64,000 nucleotides of DNA from a virus, in the IMG/VR virus record IMGVR_UViG_3300045988_094874, positions 1 to 64,000 of that record. One strand, 5' to 3'. Position numbers and translations under genes: made by a program. The number at the start of each line of letters is the position of its first letter. Positions within the stretch are counted from its first letter, which is position 1. Of this stretch, positions 47,101 through 56,825 are shown in pieces. The notes beneath the pieces are model-generated. The model made no database searches and was not told where the DNA came from. It saw only the letters and a list, made by a program, of their open reading frames with translations.

Positions 47101-48630
47101 TGTCTCAACTCCATTAAGGAATGTAGGAAGACTCCCCTTTAATTGCTCAGAGAAAGCCCTATTCCATTCAGAGAAGTAGCCACGGATACCAGCAACAGCC
47201 TTCTGTGATTTCTCACCTACATATTGCCACACAGGGTCTGACTTCTCTACTAGAGCAGTAATATCCTTAATAAAGTCTACAATGTTATCATAAAGCCCTT
47301 TCAAAGGACCTTCTGCCCCTACAGCACCACTAGCTTTCAAACCAATATTTTCAAGCAAGTTATCCCATGCCAGCTTAGGGGTCTTAATTGTGTTTGTAAG
47401 TGACTGTAATGCGTCACTGTTACCTACTTCTGTGAGGACTTCCAAGTATTTTTCAAGAGACAAGTAACCCTTACGGATAGCTGTCTGCTTATTCACAGGA
47501 TTTCCTTTATCATCTTGAAGATAGCCACGCTTAGCCAGCTCCTCATCAATCAATCGTGTAGCCACAGGGGACTGACGGTACTGAATGATACGGAAGTCTT
47601 GCCAGTTCAGCTTGCCTGCTTGCAATGCGTCAGTAAGCTGTTTAGCTACCCCAGCGAAGTCGTCAATAGGGTTTTTATTAGTAGCAACCAGACCAGCAAT
47701 AGCCTTAGTCAGCTTCACAGGGTCTTTTACTCCAAGTGCTGTAAAGTAACCAGTATTACGAAGCAAATCAGCTCCGTTGTAGGCAGTAGCCGCCCCATAC
47801 CTAGAGATTTCCTGAGCCACAGCTTCTGTAGTAGACCGGTCTTGTCCAAATGAAGCCATCTGTGTCTCATAGGTAACCATTGCGTCACCAAGCTCTTTGG
47901 TCTGCTGTACGATACTTCTTACACCTTGGTTAATCGTCTGACCGATACGGTTAAAGATATTCTGGAAGCTATTCATGTGAATAACCCCACGTCCAAGGCT
48001 TGAGAGCGCTGAGTTAAAGTGCTTCACAAAGGTCATACCTACTTTACGCCCTAAGTTACCTAATGCAGTAAGAGTTTTCACAGCTGGTGCAGTTACAACC
48101 TTACCGATTGCAAAGCCCTTCTGTAAAACATTCCTTACTGTGTTAATCTCTTTAAGCATAGAGCCGAAGATACCCGTAGAGAAGCGTAGATTGCCCCCTA
48201 GCACCTTTCCAATAGCCAGAGCCCCAAGAGCCTTACCTAGTGTCAAAGTCTTGCTAGAGAGCCCGTCAAGAGCTCCTCCGATGGTGTTAAGCTTAGAGCT
48301 CAGAGATTGTGAATTAGACATGAAGCGTCTAGCTCCATCATTCATATTCTCTAAAGGGTCAGCTCCATTACCAGTAGCTCCTGTGAGCTTTACTTTGACC
48401 TCTAATGTGGGCGATACTCTCTTCTTAAAAGCACTCCATTCACGCTGGAACTGTGCTGTAGAGAACCCTATATTAACCTTAAAAGAGGCAGACTTATTGC
48501 CTGCCCCTAGTTCCTTTTTGAGGAGGTTATTGACTTCGCCTACCTGTTTCTTTAGTCCATTAAGGAGCGACTGAACACGCTGTACGTCTTCTGCTCCTGT
48601 AATATTAACTCCGATAGTACGAACTACCAT
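44104..48630 (-). CDS. tail tape measure protein (1508 aa)
   Basis: length, Gly/Ala-rich hydrophobic central segments, position between head-tail genes and baseplate genes. Confidence 0.8.
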   Translation of the reverse strand: MVVRTIGVNITGAEDVQRVQSLLNGLKKQVGEVNNLLKKELGAGNKSASFKVNIGFSTAQFQREWSAFKKRVSPTLEVKVKLTGATGNGADPLENMNDGARRFMSNSQSLSSKLNTIGGALDGLSSKTLTLGKALGALAIGKVLGGNLRFSTGIFGSMLKEINTVRNVLQKGFAIGKVVTAPAVKTLTALGNLGRKVGMTFVKHFNSALSSLGRGVIHMNSFQNIFNRIGQTINQGVRSIVQQTKELGDAMVTYETQMASFGQDRSTTEAVAQEISRYGAATAYNGADLLRNTGYFTALGVKDPVKLTKAIAGLVATNKNPIDDFAGVAKQLTDALQAGKLNWQDFRIIQYRQSPVATRLIDEELAKRGYLQDDKGNPVNKQTAIRKGYLSLEKYLEVLTEVGNSDALQSLTNTIKTPKLAWDNLLENIGLKASGAVGAEGPLKGLYDNIVDFIKDITALVEKSDPVWQYVGEKSQKAVAGIRGYFSEWNRAFSEQLKGSLPTFLNGVETGFSGGRVAQGLNEITQALLAMGNATTSQNLGKGLSEVAYQYERLVAKFIGLGQVLLDNGALDTVANFVALYGDMVAKVAGSSVIRNTLVFINFIIDEVEKTVNNGALVSGADRAFAGLLDFYTQLVSLASLFINDTPIVSKGLEYAGQVLTAMATTVSSVKELMNNMLNGGASGNFKKGLELGFQQGVSGYGDDPRGLGRTILFIQKVRKFFEDLMKEYNNLFNTFKYANQVGAEKYGVKIGNFLGEVANIFGKIIEWFDKKIGQLNGRINFNTVKTLVEEVGKMWLSVVNMLTDTVTKSIGSLPKGRLEQGMKNFSSVFQNLQKSLQPIYQELLTGVLKSATGNTGKKLLQAMADFVKAVVTMIRDIIKHIGHGSVEGGLDRILKFFTNILNFMTEIAKFMGQYPGLTTGLIGLVTIFGVIGKVLGAAAGMVSVANTLGLGGLASGAGGGGLLSGLLSKTPITSLLANSEGNALQQFLARAGTPALTNIGTKVGSFGASPLGMIASLVAQMIADPVQNAIGGHAGATVGGALKTAGAGLGLAGATFTGASIGTAIMPGIGTAVGALLGAITNLIMGGGKNLIDGIEGLLTGYNDEYRKQAAENAKSIRENAEAVSRARADEHTTRDVLGSKVTLGGYLQNMTDMQKKVFGRLQQNFTDATAYMQNSMRLLEEAGATDSATMRQTLFDLGYNAQKPLKDMQGTYVRIGEELMSWEQLKAQNGLYGSEGDEILASLLNQVAIAQGRQFTDIVDEQGNLITQMDAYRQGAQNLTEEKRQELQQKLIDAGVSRDQVLQLPDKALQFLVSQYDTYTNTMSAEKKKAEDQEKESKKHGTLKDAWDRLVGALEGVRDWVAGILGGIADWITGSKSGTSKKNYDKGKKKLPSGSGLLFSTGGFVNYLAQGGSPLLGGIFQPRGTDTIPAMLTPGEYVLRKRAVDSLGTNFLDNLNRFGIGALGGNRTTTVVNNYYNNNASVNQNIDNKSNYLNGMYGLDRLMRYV

Positions 48631-48648
48631 AACTTCTCCTTCTAATTA

Positions 48649-50070
48649 TTAGGCTAAGTCTCCGCTGTCCTTACGAACTTCGTAGAAATTGCCGTTATCG
48701 TCCCGTGAGATTGTCAGTGTCAAGGACAGAGTAACTTCACTATCTGTACCGTATTCACGTGAGTTCTCTGTGATAAGAACGTTGTTAAATACGTAGTAGC
48801 GGTCATTGCCTTTAGTATCCTTAACGTGTTGAGTCACACGGAAGTGTGTCTTGTCAAGACGTTTGTCATTTGCTACAATAAGCTCCACTTCACGCTCAGC
48901 ATTGTAAGTCACAAGGACTTCTTCACCGATGTAGTCTTCGCTCACAAGGACTGTTCCACGAGGTGTTGCAAGTTTTTGGTCAGTAATGACGATAAACTCA
49001 TCAGCACGAAGGCTAACACCCGGTGACACAGGAAGCATTGAGAGGTAAGTAGACTCACAGCGGTCAAGTGAAATGATGATTGTGTTACAGTCACCAAAGT
49101 ACAAGTCTGGGAGGTAAATCTCACCATACTTCTTACCATCTACAGTAACCTCATCAACCACATAGGTATCAGTTTGAGGAATACCACTTGTTACCAGATT
49201 AGATACACTTTCCAGTGGGTTCAACCAGTAATCGTTGGCAGAAGTAGTTGTAGCTGTAATCTCTTTGGTTACTTCAATCTGTTCTGCGTCATATTGCCGT
49301 CCGAAGCAACGAGCGTCAGAAGCTGGCACAGAGACGTTATGTGTGAATGAAGTCAAGCAAGACAACAGTACGTTAGAGAACTTACGAAGCTCTGAACGGT
49401 CACCTACAATGTAAATTGAGCTGAAACCGATTTGAGCTGTTTCTTCCAGTTCAGTATCAGCAGAAGCTTCAACCTCATAAGAAATTGTAATACCTGCTGA
49501 TTTAGCACTTGGCTTACCAGAAAGTTTACCGTTCTTGAACTCAGGATACCAACCAGTACCTGTTTGACCGCCACCGTTAGCAGTGTCATTCAGGGATACA
49601 ATGTCAGTAAAGTCTACTGTACGAAGAACTTCTCCCGGAGCAGTCACAGCGAACTTGTAAGCGTAGGTAAATGAGTTAGTCTGAGTTGCGTCAGCGTAGT
49701 CAGATACTTTAGCACGGAGTGTGTAAGTACCAGCCTTAGGCAAGTTCAGGTAAATCATGTTGAAACCAAGAGCATACTTGTCTGGGTGAGAACGGATTTG
49801 GTAACGAACTTTCGCTTTCTTGTTAGCGTGTTTTACAAACAGTGTACCTGTGTTCAAACACTTAATAGGTCCACAGTTGATTTGGTCTTGAGGAACTTTG
49901 TTAGCGTCAAAACCTACTTCAGTACCTGTATCGACTGCGATACGTCGGTTAGCTTTCAAACGAACACTTGGACGAATTTCCTCAGTAACTCCTACTGTGA
50001 TAATGTCATTCTTATCTTGCTTGTTAAAGCCGTACAAAGGGTGTGACATATTGGTAGATGAATAAGCCAT
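48649..50070 (-). CDS. putative major tail protein with C-terminal extension
   Basis: 473 aa immediately upstream of tape measure; no intervening chaperone pair seen. Confidence 0.3.
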   Translation of the reverse strand: MAYSSTNMSHPLYGFNKQDKNDIITVGVTEEIRPSVRLKANRRIAVDTGTEVGFDANKVPQDQINCGPIKCLNTGTLFVKHANKKAKVRYQIRSHPDKYALGFNMIYLNLPKAGTYTLRAKVSDYADATQTNSFTYAYKFAVTAPGEVLRTVDFTDIVSLNDTANGGGQTGTGWYPEFKNGKLSGKPSAKSAGITISYEVEASADTELEETAQIGFSSIYIVGDRSELRKFSNVLLSCLTSFTHNVSVPASDARCFGRQYDAEQIEVTKEITATTTSANDYWLNPLESVSNLVTSGIPQTDTYVVDEVTVDGKKYGEIYLPDLYFGDCNTIIISLDRCESTYLSMLPVSPGVSLRADEFIVITDQKLATPRGTVLVSEDYIGEEVLVTYNAEREVELIVANDKRLDKTHFRVTQHVKDTKGNDRYYVFNNVLITENSREYGTDSEVTLSLTLTISRDDNGNFYEVRKDSGDLA

Positions 50071-50083
50071 TTAGTGTAACTCC

Positions 50084-50299
50084 TTATTTGTTTTCTTTTC
50101 CTTCTTCTTCTGTAGCTTTATTAGCAGGACCAATCACAGGACCGCTAGGTGCTACAGGAGTTGGGTCTTGGTAGTTAGCCAAATATTCACGAACAAGTGA
50201 CATTGCTTCAAGCTCCAATCGGGAGTTACCTTGAGAAGCCAGTTCATTTCGTGTCATGTAGAAACGCTCTACATCAGCGGAAGACAAACGATTTGCCAT
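50084..50299 (-). CDS. hypothetical small protein
   Basis: 71-aa ORF. Confidence 0.35.
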   Translation of the reverse strand: MANRLSSADVERFYMTRNELASQGNSRLELEAMSLVREYLANYQDPTPVAPSGPVIGPANKATEEEGKENK

Positions 50300-50308
50300 T
50301 ATATTCTC

Positions 50309-50881
50309 CTAACATTCAAAAAGTGATAAAGTTATTGGGAAGCTGAACATTCCAACCTCATCTGTGAGCTCACTGCTAAAGTCTGTTAAGTCTCCAAATT
50401 TCACAGGAGTTACCTTGATTGGGAGATACCAGTCTTTATTAGAAGCTACATCATCAGCGAAGGTCTTCATTTTCAAGCCTCTAGTTGTCTTAACTTGGTG
50501 GTATATCATTTCACATATTGCCTGATACACACCGTCACGATATTCTAGCACACCCTCTGGTGTGTTCTCTATACAGCGCCTTCCAGTAATAGGAGACACA
50601 GAAGAGTAATACACAGAGAAGTTCACTATATATCGTTTAAAACAGCCTTTGTTTAGGGGGTCTGGCACAATGTCTATCGCCAAGAAGGGGTTTTCCCAAC
50701 CTTGATTATTCTCATAGTGTTCAGATGTCCCTACATGAGTATTAAATTGCTCATCAAATTCTCTGTAACGATTTCTTGGGTCGGTTTCTTTCTTATTATC
50801 CACTTGGATAAAGTAATCTAGGACTTCGTAGCCATAGAGCTGTAACCATTTCTTTATATTTATATAAATACTACTAATCAC
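50309..50881 (-). CDS. head-tail joining / tail completion candidate
   Basis: 190-aa ORF by position. Confidence 0.35.
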   Translation of the reverse strand: MISSIYINIKKWLQLYGYEVLDYFIQVDNKKETDPRNRYREFDEQFNTHVGTSEHYENNQGWENPFLAIDIVPDPLNKGCFKRYIVNFSVYYSSVSPITGRRCIENTPEGVLEYRDGVYQAICEMIYHQVKTTRGLKMKTFADDVASNKDWYLPIKVTPVKFGDLTDFSSELTDEVGMFSFPITLSLFEC

Positions 50882-51336
50882 CTTCTAAGACTCCTTATAA
50901 TCCTTGACTTACCTTTATTTGCACTTATCCATTCCTCTAGCACTTCCTTACCTATATCGGTGCTTGTACCAATACCTGAGCCTCTACGCCCACTAGGCTG
51001 TCTAGCTGACATACTTGACACAGAGAGTGGAAGGAGCTGTCCTCCCATAATCTTTGTGGCATTTTCGATATAGTTGAAGGGAGGTAGCCCTGATTTAGGA
51101 TATCCCTTTAACATATATGTAGCCGCATAGAACCTATCTTGCTTTGACTTCTCCCTTAGCGTATCAGCACTTACTGACACAGAGAAGCCATTTCGTGTGC
51201 GCTTTATCTGGGTACTCTCTCTAAGAGCTCCAGTGGCTCTGGATACCTCTGCCCTAGACTCAAGAGCAACATTATACACAACTTCTGCAAACTCTCTCAG
51301 GAGCTCATCACCTGTGATTTTAGAAATGTCAGTCAT
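50878..51336 (-). CDS. head-tail connector candidate
   Basis: 152-aa ORF by position. Confidence 0.35.
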   Translation of the reverse strand: MTDISKITGDELLREFAEVVYNVALESRAEVSRATGALRESTQIKRTRNGFSVSVSADTLREKSKQDRFYAATYMLKGYPKSGLPPFNYIENATKIMGGQLLPLSVSSMSARQPSGRRGSGIGTSTDIGKEVLEEWISANKGKSRIIRSLRR

Positions 51337-51826
51337 GGTCTACGGCAATAATCCCTTGCATTTGTTTAACATAAGGCTTGCACTCAAAGAGTAGTTGCTC
51401 ATGCTCACGTCCTGCTAGTCGCTGTACCGTCAATTTAACGTCCCAGCAACCGGGTAGTACCTCATAGGTCTTGATACCAACAACCTTCCAGAAGACGACT
51501 CCAGCGTCCTCAGGGCAGTTATTATAGTTACACCGAACACTCACACGCTGAATGACATAATAGCCGTGCTTTATATCAAAGTCACAGGTGTGAAGTTGGT
51601 TGTGAAGTGAGAAATAGAAAGTGGCTAACGTGGAGGAAGTTTCTAGTTTGTGAGTTGTCTCTACATCTTCAAACCGACCTACTGGCATGTAATCTACACA
51701 CTTAAGATGTTCAACCTCTTCAAACAGGCAGGTATCTATCTTCCGGCTGTTTTCATCATACCGTGATACCTTTCCTCCTTGCTTAATTACTATTACTTCT
51801 TTATTATTCTTGGGAAGCCCCATCAC
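51329..51826 (-). CDS. head-tail connector candidate
   Basis: 165-aa ORF by position. Confidence 0.35.
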   Translation of the reverse strand: MMGLPKNNKEVIVIKQGGKVSRYDENSRKIDTCLFEEVEHLKCVDYMPVGRFEDVETTHKLETSSTLATFYFSLHNQLHTCDFDIKHGYYVIQRVSVRCNYNNCPEDAGVVFWKVVGIKTYEVLPGCWDVKLTVQRLAGREHEQLLFECKPYVKQMQGIIAVDHD

Positions 51827-52079
51827 TTACCTCCTCAAAGGAAGGCTTAACAGCTCCGTCCTTGTCTCTATGTTTCAGGTTAAGCAGGTAGCGTCCTTGA
51901 ATATCATCAGCGACTTCCTGTGCTTCTCCTTTTCTAAAGACGAATAATCGTCCTTCATAGTACATACGGTATTCTGTTTTATAGACCTCATTAGATGAAT
52001 GGGTCGTGGAAGTTCCACAGCGAGAACAGCCATAACTTCTAGCCTCTCTTGTGTACTCCCCTAGATACCTTACTTTCAT
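51804..52079 (-). CDS. hypothetical small protein
   Basis: 91-aa ORF. Confidence 0.3.
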   Translation of the reverse strand: MKVRYLGEYTREARSYGCSRCGTSTTHSSNEVYKTEYRMYYEGRLFVFRKGEAQEVADDIQGRYLLNLKHRDKDGAVKPSFEEVSDGASQE

Positions 52080-52875
52080 GCTTTCTTGCCTTTCCTACTG
52101 CAATAAATACGCTTGTATCCTCATACTGACACAGGGACAGCATGCTCAAACTTTGTAGTGCCCAACGGTTGATTAACTTAGTGTAAATATACTCAAGACT
52201 TGCTGTGTCAACGTCCCATGTCCTAATTAGGTAGTCCACAGATTTACTCTTAAGCACAGAGCCTACAGCCAACCGGTCCATCTTAGAGCAATCGTCTAAG
52301 CTTCCACAGTTGTTCTGATAAGCAATGAATACTTGTAAGAAGTGACACATAGCCTCATAAACACACAGAGGTAACGTTTCAGCTGTGTAACCAGCCTCAT
52401 ACCGTGCTACAAGCTTGTAGGTAGTCTCACATTGGCATGAGGTATCACATTGACAACAAGGGTTGATTTGTTCGGTCATATCAATGAGAATAGTCTCATC
52501 AATACTATCCCAACTCCACTTAGTTCTGTCAAGCTCAATTACTTCACGAGAAAGCCCTTGCCTCTTGTGTAAAAACAGCTTTACTGTGCTTGGGTCAAAA
52601 CCTTTAAAATAATAAGGCTTAAATTCAAATATAGCCTTACATTCACAGATTTCATAGTTCCCAAGCTCAATGATTTCCTCACGAGCTGTCTTTAGTATGG
52701 TTGCACAGGTTTTATCAACCCAACAGAACATCTGGGCAAGAACCCGAAGGAACTTACCCACATATTCCTGAATATCTGCACCATCATTGCAGTCGAAGCA
52801 TTGGCAATGTTTCTTTAGCTCCTCAGTGACCTTTACAAGCTCAATTTGAAGCTCTTTGTTATCAGCCATTGCCAA
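52039..52875 (-). CDS. Cys-rich structural protein
   Basis: 278 aa; CQCFDCNDG and PCCQCDTSCQCE clusters. Confidence 0.4.
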   Translation of the reverse strand: MAMADNKELQIELVKVTEELKKHCQCFDCNDGADIQEYVGKFLRVLAQMFCWVDKTCATILKTAREEIIELGNYEICECKAIFEFKPYYFKGFDPSTVKLFLHKRQGLSREVIELDRTKWSWDSIDETILIDMTEQINPCCQCDTSCQCETTYKLVARYEAGYTAETLPLCVYEAMCHFLQVFIAYQNNCGSLDDCSKMDRLAVGSVLKSKSVDYLIRTWDVDTASLEYIYTKLINRWALQSLSMLSLCQYEDTSVFIAVGKARKHESKVSRGVHKRG

Positions 52876-52885
52876 CCCTCCTTAA

Positions 52886-54118
52886 TTAAGCCTCAGCCTT
52901 GATAGTAGCCATTGGGAACGGATTAAGACCTGTAAGCAGACCTTGGATACGCTCGAATACAACGGCAGGGCATTGTTGGTCAAGTGGAATGTTAGCAATC
53001 AACAAGTGAGATACTGGTGAATTGGTATATACCAAACCAAAGTTTTCGTACTTGTCACAGATTACTTCACAGCCTGCTTGAGTATCATCTTCTGATGTCA
53101 CAGTGCGGATAGAGTCTTGAGGTACGAACAAGTCGTGTTGTGTCAAGGCTTCTACACGGTTCAAGTCAAGCACATATGCTTCACCAGTCATGCTAACTTC
53201 ATTGTCATAAGGCATGTGGTAAGAAGTACCAAACTTAATGCCACGGAATGTCACAGTATCACCTGAGATAGCCCAGCCTTCTGGCAGTTGAGCGTCTTTG
53301 CCCGGTTTAATTTCTGATTTAATTCCACGCAAAGTCAATGGGTGAACATAAATCTTGTAGTTAGAATTTTGTGATTGGAGTACATCAAGGTAGCAAGCTA
53401 CTTGACGGAAAGCACCAATTACAGAGCCAGCAGCGTCAATAGGAGTGATACCCGGGTGGGTCATCATTTCTGCTACACCGTGGAATGGACGTAAGCCGTT
53501 ACCCTTGTAAGAGAGCAGTCCTTGTACGATATGGCGTTGTACGATAAACGCAAATGTGTACCAAGCCATGAAAGCTTCTGCTTCTGCATAGCTCATTCCA
53601 AGCTTCTGGAACTTGTTAATCAAGTCACCTTGCTTGAAGTGTACTTTGTCCTTCATCATACGGTCAAGACGGTTTTCACAGTCCTTGAAACACAGGTAGC
53701 GAACAGGTGTAGCGTCACCAGTTGCTTTCATAGTGAACTTCTCAGTGAAGCAACAGCTATCACCAGTATCACCAGAGAAGTCTGGAGCTTCTGTACCCCA
53801 TGTCAGGGACTCCATAATCCAATCGCCATTTTTAGCTCGACGCAAAGTACCAAGGTTAGCTTGCTCAAAGCGTTTAAGCAAGTCTGATACCAGCTCGTCT
53901 TCCATACCTACTTCACGAAGGCTTGGCTGAGCTTTAGACCAGTCACGGGAGATACCGAATGGGATTTCTCCGTCTTTATGGAATGGTGCTTGTGGCTTAA
54001 AGTTAGCGCCTGCGTCACGTGCCATTGACTCAAGGTTAGCAAGTGCTACTTTAGAATTATCATAAAGATAGTCAATAGCTTCCTTAAGAACAATGTCAAA
54101 ACTTGTCAACTTTTCCAT
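52886..54118 (-). CDS. major capsid protein candidate
   Basis: 410 aa directly after the coiled-coil scaffold-like gene; strong RBS. Confidence 0.45.
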   Translation of the reverse strand: MEKLTSFDIVLKEAIDYLYDNSKVALANLESMARDAGANFKPQAPFHKDGEIPFGISRDWSKAQPSLREVGMEDELVSDLLKRFEQANLGTLRRAKNGDWIMESLTWGTEAPDFSGDTGDSCCFTEKFTMKATGDATPVRYLCFKDCENRLDRMMKDKVHFKQGDLINKFQKLGMSYAEAEAFMAWYTFAFIVQRHIVQGLLSYKGNGLRPFHGVAEMMTHPGITPIDAAGSVIGAFRQVACYLDVLQSQNSNYKIYVHPLTLRGIKSEIKPGKDAQLPEGWAISGDTVTFRGIKFGTSYHMPYDNEVSMTGEAYVLDLNRVEALTQHDLFVPQDSIRTVTSEDDTQAGCEVICDKYENFGLVYTNSPVSHLLIANIPLDQQCPAVVFERIQGLLTGLNPFPMATIKAEA

Positions 54119-54121
54119 TAG

Positions 54122-55249
54122 TTATTTTCCTCCAAAACGTTTACGCAGACCTGTAGACTGCTCTAATTTCTCTTCCTGCTCTTTAACCACAGGGGCTTCA
54201 ACAGAAGCCTTAGATAGCAACGCTGAAAGTGTTTCCATACGCTCTTTAATAGCGCTTTGTGACTCAGCTTTCTCTTGCTCAAGTGCTTCTTTCTCAGCTT
54301 TAAGGCTTTCAACCTCAGCTTTAAGTGCAAGGATTTCTTTAGTAGCATTTTCCAGCAATTCAGCTGTTTGCTTATCCAAAGACTCTTCCTTCGCTTCTAC
54401 TTCTTGCTCAGCAACTTTATCTTCTTGCTCAGCTTCCTTAGCTTCAACTTCTTCTTTGACTTCCTCAGCTTTAGGTTCTTCTACAACTTCCTCTACCTTT
54501 TCTGGCACAGGAGTTTCTTCCTGAGATGTTCCATTGAAGTAAGCAAGGATTTTATCTAAAGTGTTTTCTTTATCCAACTCTAGCTCCTTCTCTTGTTTCA
54601 AATACACAGAGGGCTCATAGCCTCCGCTCTTTGCATTTCCGGGATTTCCTACAAATGAAAATCCTGTAATGTGTATATTATCAGTGATAGGCACAGGTTC
54701 GTCAGTAAACTGTGCATTATACTTGGTCAGTTTCGTGTACTCAGCGACTTCTTCAGGCTTAATATCCTTGAAAGTCCAGCTAAACTCAGATGAAATAGCA
54801 AAGGGCTCATCTTGAATGATAAGGTCCTTAATCTGGCTAAGCTCTGTGTTCACATGAGGTTTTACAAGTAAATCTGAGCGTCCTTTGTCGTCTGTGATAA
54901 TTCTTAAGTCTTCCTTACGGAAGTAGCCTTGTCGCACAGGGAAGCTATTAGTATCTACATGTCCAACCGTTACATAACCTTCGTACTCTTCATCAATGCT
55001 GTCATACCACTTCTGTAGTGTTCCTTTAGCAAGATAAAGACGAATAGAACCATCAGGGTAAAGAACAGAGCCCTCAGATAAGAGGGTCATGTATCCGTCC
55101 TCACCGTCATAATTCTTATTCACAGAAAATGACTCTTTGTGCTTATCAGTCTTACTCAAGTTAATATAGCCGTCAAGCAAATCCTTATTCATGAGGTAGG
55201 TGTCTATCTCATTCTGGATTTTCTTGGCTATCTTAGAATAAACTGGCAT
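54122..55249 (-). CDS. scaffolding protein candidate (C-terminal E/K-rich coiled coil; N-terminal globular domain, possibly protease-like)
   Basis: 375 aa; C-terminal 130 aa heptad-like EAKEAEQEDKVAEQEVEAKEE. Confidence 0.35.
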   Translation of the reverse strand: MPVYSKIAKKIQNEIDTYLMNKDLLDGYINLSKTDKHKESFSVNKNYDGEDGYMTLLSEGSVLYPDGSIRLYLAKGTLQKWYDSIDEEYEGYVTVGHVDTNSFPVRQGYFRKEDLRIITDDKGRSDLLVKPHVNTELSQIKDLIIQDEPFAISSEFSWTFKDIKPEEVAEYTKLTKYNAQFTDEPVPITDNIHITGFSFVGNPGNAKSGGYEPSVYLKQEKELELDKENTLDKILAYFNGTSQEETPVPEKVEEVVEEPKAEEVKEEVEAKEAEQEDKVAEQEVEAKEESLDKQTAELLENATKEILALKAEVESLKAEKEALEQEKAESQSAIKERMETLSALLSKASVEAPVVKEQEEKLEQSTGLRKRFGGK

Positions 55250-55569
55250 TATTCAGTCACCTCAAATAGATGGTATTCAAGTTTACGAACTTTATGACCC
55301 CCACAGCTTGCACAGTAGGCGTATTCATAAGAAACTCCATCTTTTTTAAGACCTGCTTCTGCCTCTGGCGTGTAAGGTAACTGCTCAGTAAGTCCTCGTA
55401 GGCTATCTACTAAAATCTCATCAGTAGTTTCATACCAGCCTTCATCATCTGCTTTACCAGAAGGATAAAACTCAAACAATTTACGGTTACTTTGAATGTA
55501 GCCGTCCTTTGTGAAATTCACACGGACTACCAAGTCACGCTTCAAAAATCGTGAAACTCTAAACTTCAT
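55249..55569 (-). CDS. hypothetical protein with CxxC motif
   Basis: 106 aa; CASCGGHK. Confidence 0.35.
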   Translation of the reverse strand: MKFRVSRFLKRDLVVRVNFTKDGYIQSNRKLFEFYPSGKADDEGWYETTDEILVDSLRGLTEQLPYTPEAEAGLKKDGVSYEYAYCASCGGHKVRKLEYHLFEVTE

Positions 55570-55813
55570 CTAACTCCTCTACTTCCTCAGGAACTTCCTC
55601 AGTCGGTACAGGCTCTTCAACCACAGGAGTTTCCTCCACAACTGGTTCTTCGTAATGAACTTCTTCCACAGGGGCTTCTGGTTCTACAGCTGGCTTAGTC
55701 AGGTCACTATCAGAGATTGATGTAATCTCTTCTACTTCCCAGCCGAACTGTTCAGCACGAATTTGAGCCAGATACTCGTCATAGGTCATTCCTACTTCGA
55801 TTGTATCATTCAT
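55559..55813 (-). CDS. acidic Pro/Glu/Val-rich small protein
   Basis: 84 aa; PVEEV-type repeats. Confidence 0.35.
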   Translation of the reverse strand: MNDTIEVGMTYDEYLAQIRAEQFGWEVEEITSISDSDLTKPAVEPEAPVEEVHYEEPVVEETPVVEEPVPTEEVPEEVEELDEV

Positions 55814-56160
55814 TACTTATCTCCTTCATAAGTAATTGGGAACTTGTAGCAGTCTACTTCAGTTGTTTGAAGAGTGCGCTCTTCTGTAGTGAAGGAAACT
55901 TCATACTTGTCACCACAGCAATAAGTGAATGACTTGAACTTGTTGTCAGCTTTATCAAAATACTGAACCTGTTCACGTCCCACAATAATATGCTTAACCT
56001 TTGCCAAAATTTGCTCAGCCAAAGGTGATTTGAAAGTCATTTCTTGTGAACCCACAGTCAATTTTAGGTTCATAATTGCGACTTTGATTTTGTTTTCCTT
56101 TGAGGGAGTTAGTTTTGGTGCAGCTGGCTTAACAGTAGTAGTTTTATACTTGCGTACCAT
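55813..56160 (-). CDS. hypothetical head protein
   Basis: 115-aa ORF. Confidence 0.4.
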   Translation of the reverse strand: MVRKYKTTTVKPAAPKLTPSKENKIKVAIMNLKLTVGSQEMTFKSPLAEQILAKVKHIIVGREQVQYFDKADNKFKSFTYCCGDKYEVSFTTEERTLQTTEVDCYKFPITYEGDK

Positions 56161-56243
56161 GTCTGTCCTCCTTAATAATTGTCTACCTAGTTATACCAAA
56201 AAAAGCACAGTAAGTCAAATAACACACTGCACTTTTATTTTAA

Positions 56244-56825
56244 CTATTTATTGAATTTCAATTCTTCAATAACTTTGGCTGTACCATGTTGCAAGCGGTA
56301 CTTGTTGATAAGCTCCATAACTTCCTCCATGGAAGATGGGTCAAAGGTCTGGTCATAGTCATTCACAAACTCATCTTCTTTGATGTGCTTAGTACCCTTA
56401 ACCTCTGGTTTGCCCTTAGCGTCTGGACCTATAATATAGCCAACAATGAAGTTAGCGTAGATATGTCCAGAAGATTGGTCCATAAGAGCTCGTTGGTCAA
56501 CAACAAAGACATAAACATCACTCTCCTTACCTTTAGCGTCTGTGTGCTTCTCAATTTTCACACGGTTATCAAATGCAATCTCTACGTTAACAGCGTAGGA
56601 AGTGCGAGGTGTACGAAGCAAGTTTCCTCCACGTCCAAATGTTGGTACTTTCTCCGCTAAGTTAAATTGACCTCCGTTAAGCAGTACGTCTGCGTCAAGG
56701 TCAGTCATATCAGCATAGTTTCGTAGTGTATACACAGGCTTACCGTTACGGACATACTCAGGCTTAATAGCCCCTCGTTTTTCCTCGATAAATCCTAGTA
56801 CATCTGTAATAATTGAAGACATCAA
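56244..56825 (-). CDS. hypothetical head protein
   Basis: 193-aa ORF. Confidence 0.4.
   Translation of the reverse strand: MMSSIITDVLGFIEEKRGAIKPEYVRNGKPVYTLRNYADMTDLDADVLLNGGQFNLAEKVPTFGRGGNLLRTPRTSYAVNVEIAFDNRVKIEKHTDAKGKESDVYVFVVDQRALMDQSSGHIYANFIVGYIIGPDAKGKPEVKGTKHIKEDEFVNDYDQTFDPSSMEEVMELINKYRLQHGTAKVIEELKFNK

Noticed and set aside
44498-48574. Several 60-144-aa plus-strand ORFs inside the tape-measure gene (e.g. 45320-45571, 48140-48574)
   Set aside because: Pro/Ala/Ser-rich antisense frames of a Gly/Ala-rich gene on the opposite strand. No independent support.
54093-54524. 143-aa Ser-rich plus-strand ORF and the K/L-rich 54163-54348 and 54275-54559 ORFs
   Set aside because: Low-complexity alternative or antisense frames of the E/K-rich coiled-coil coding region of the scaffold-like gene.
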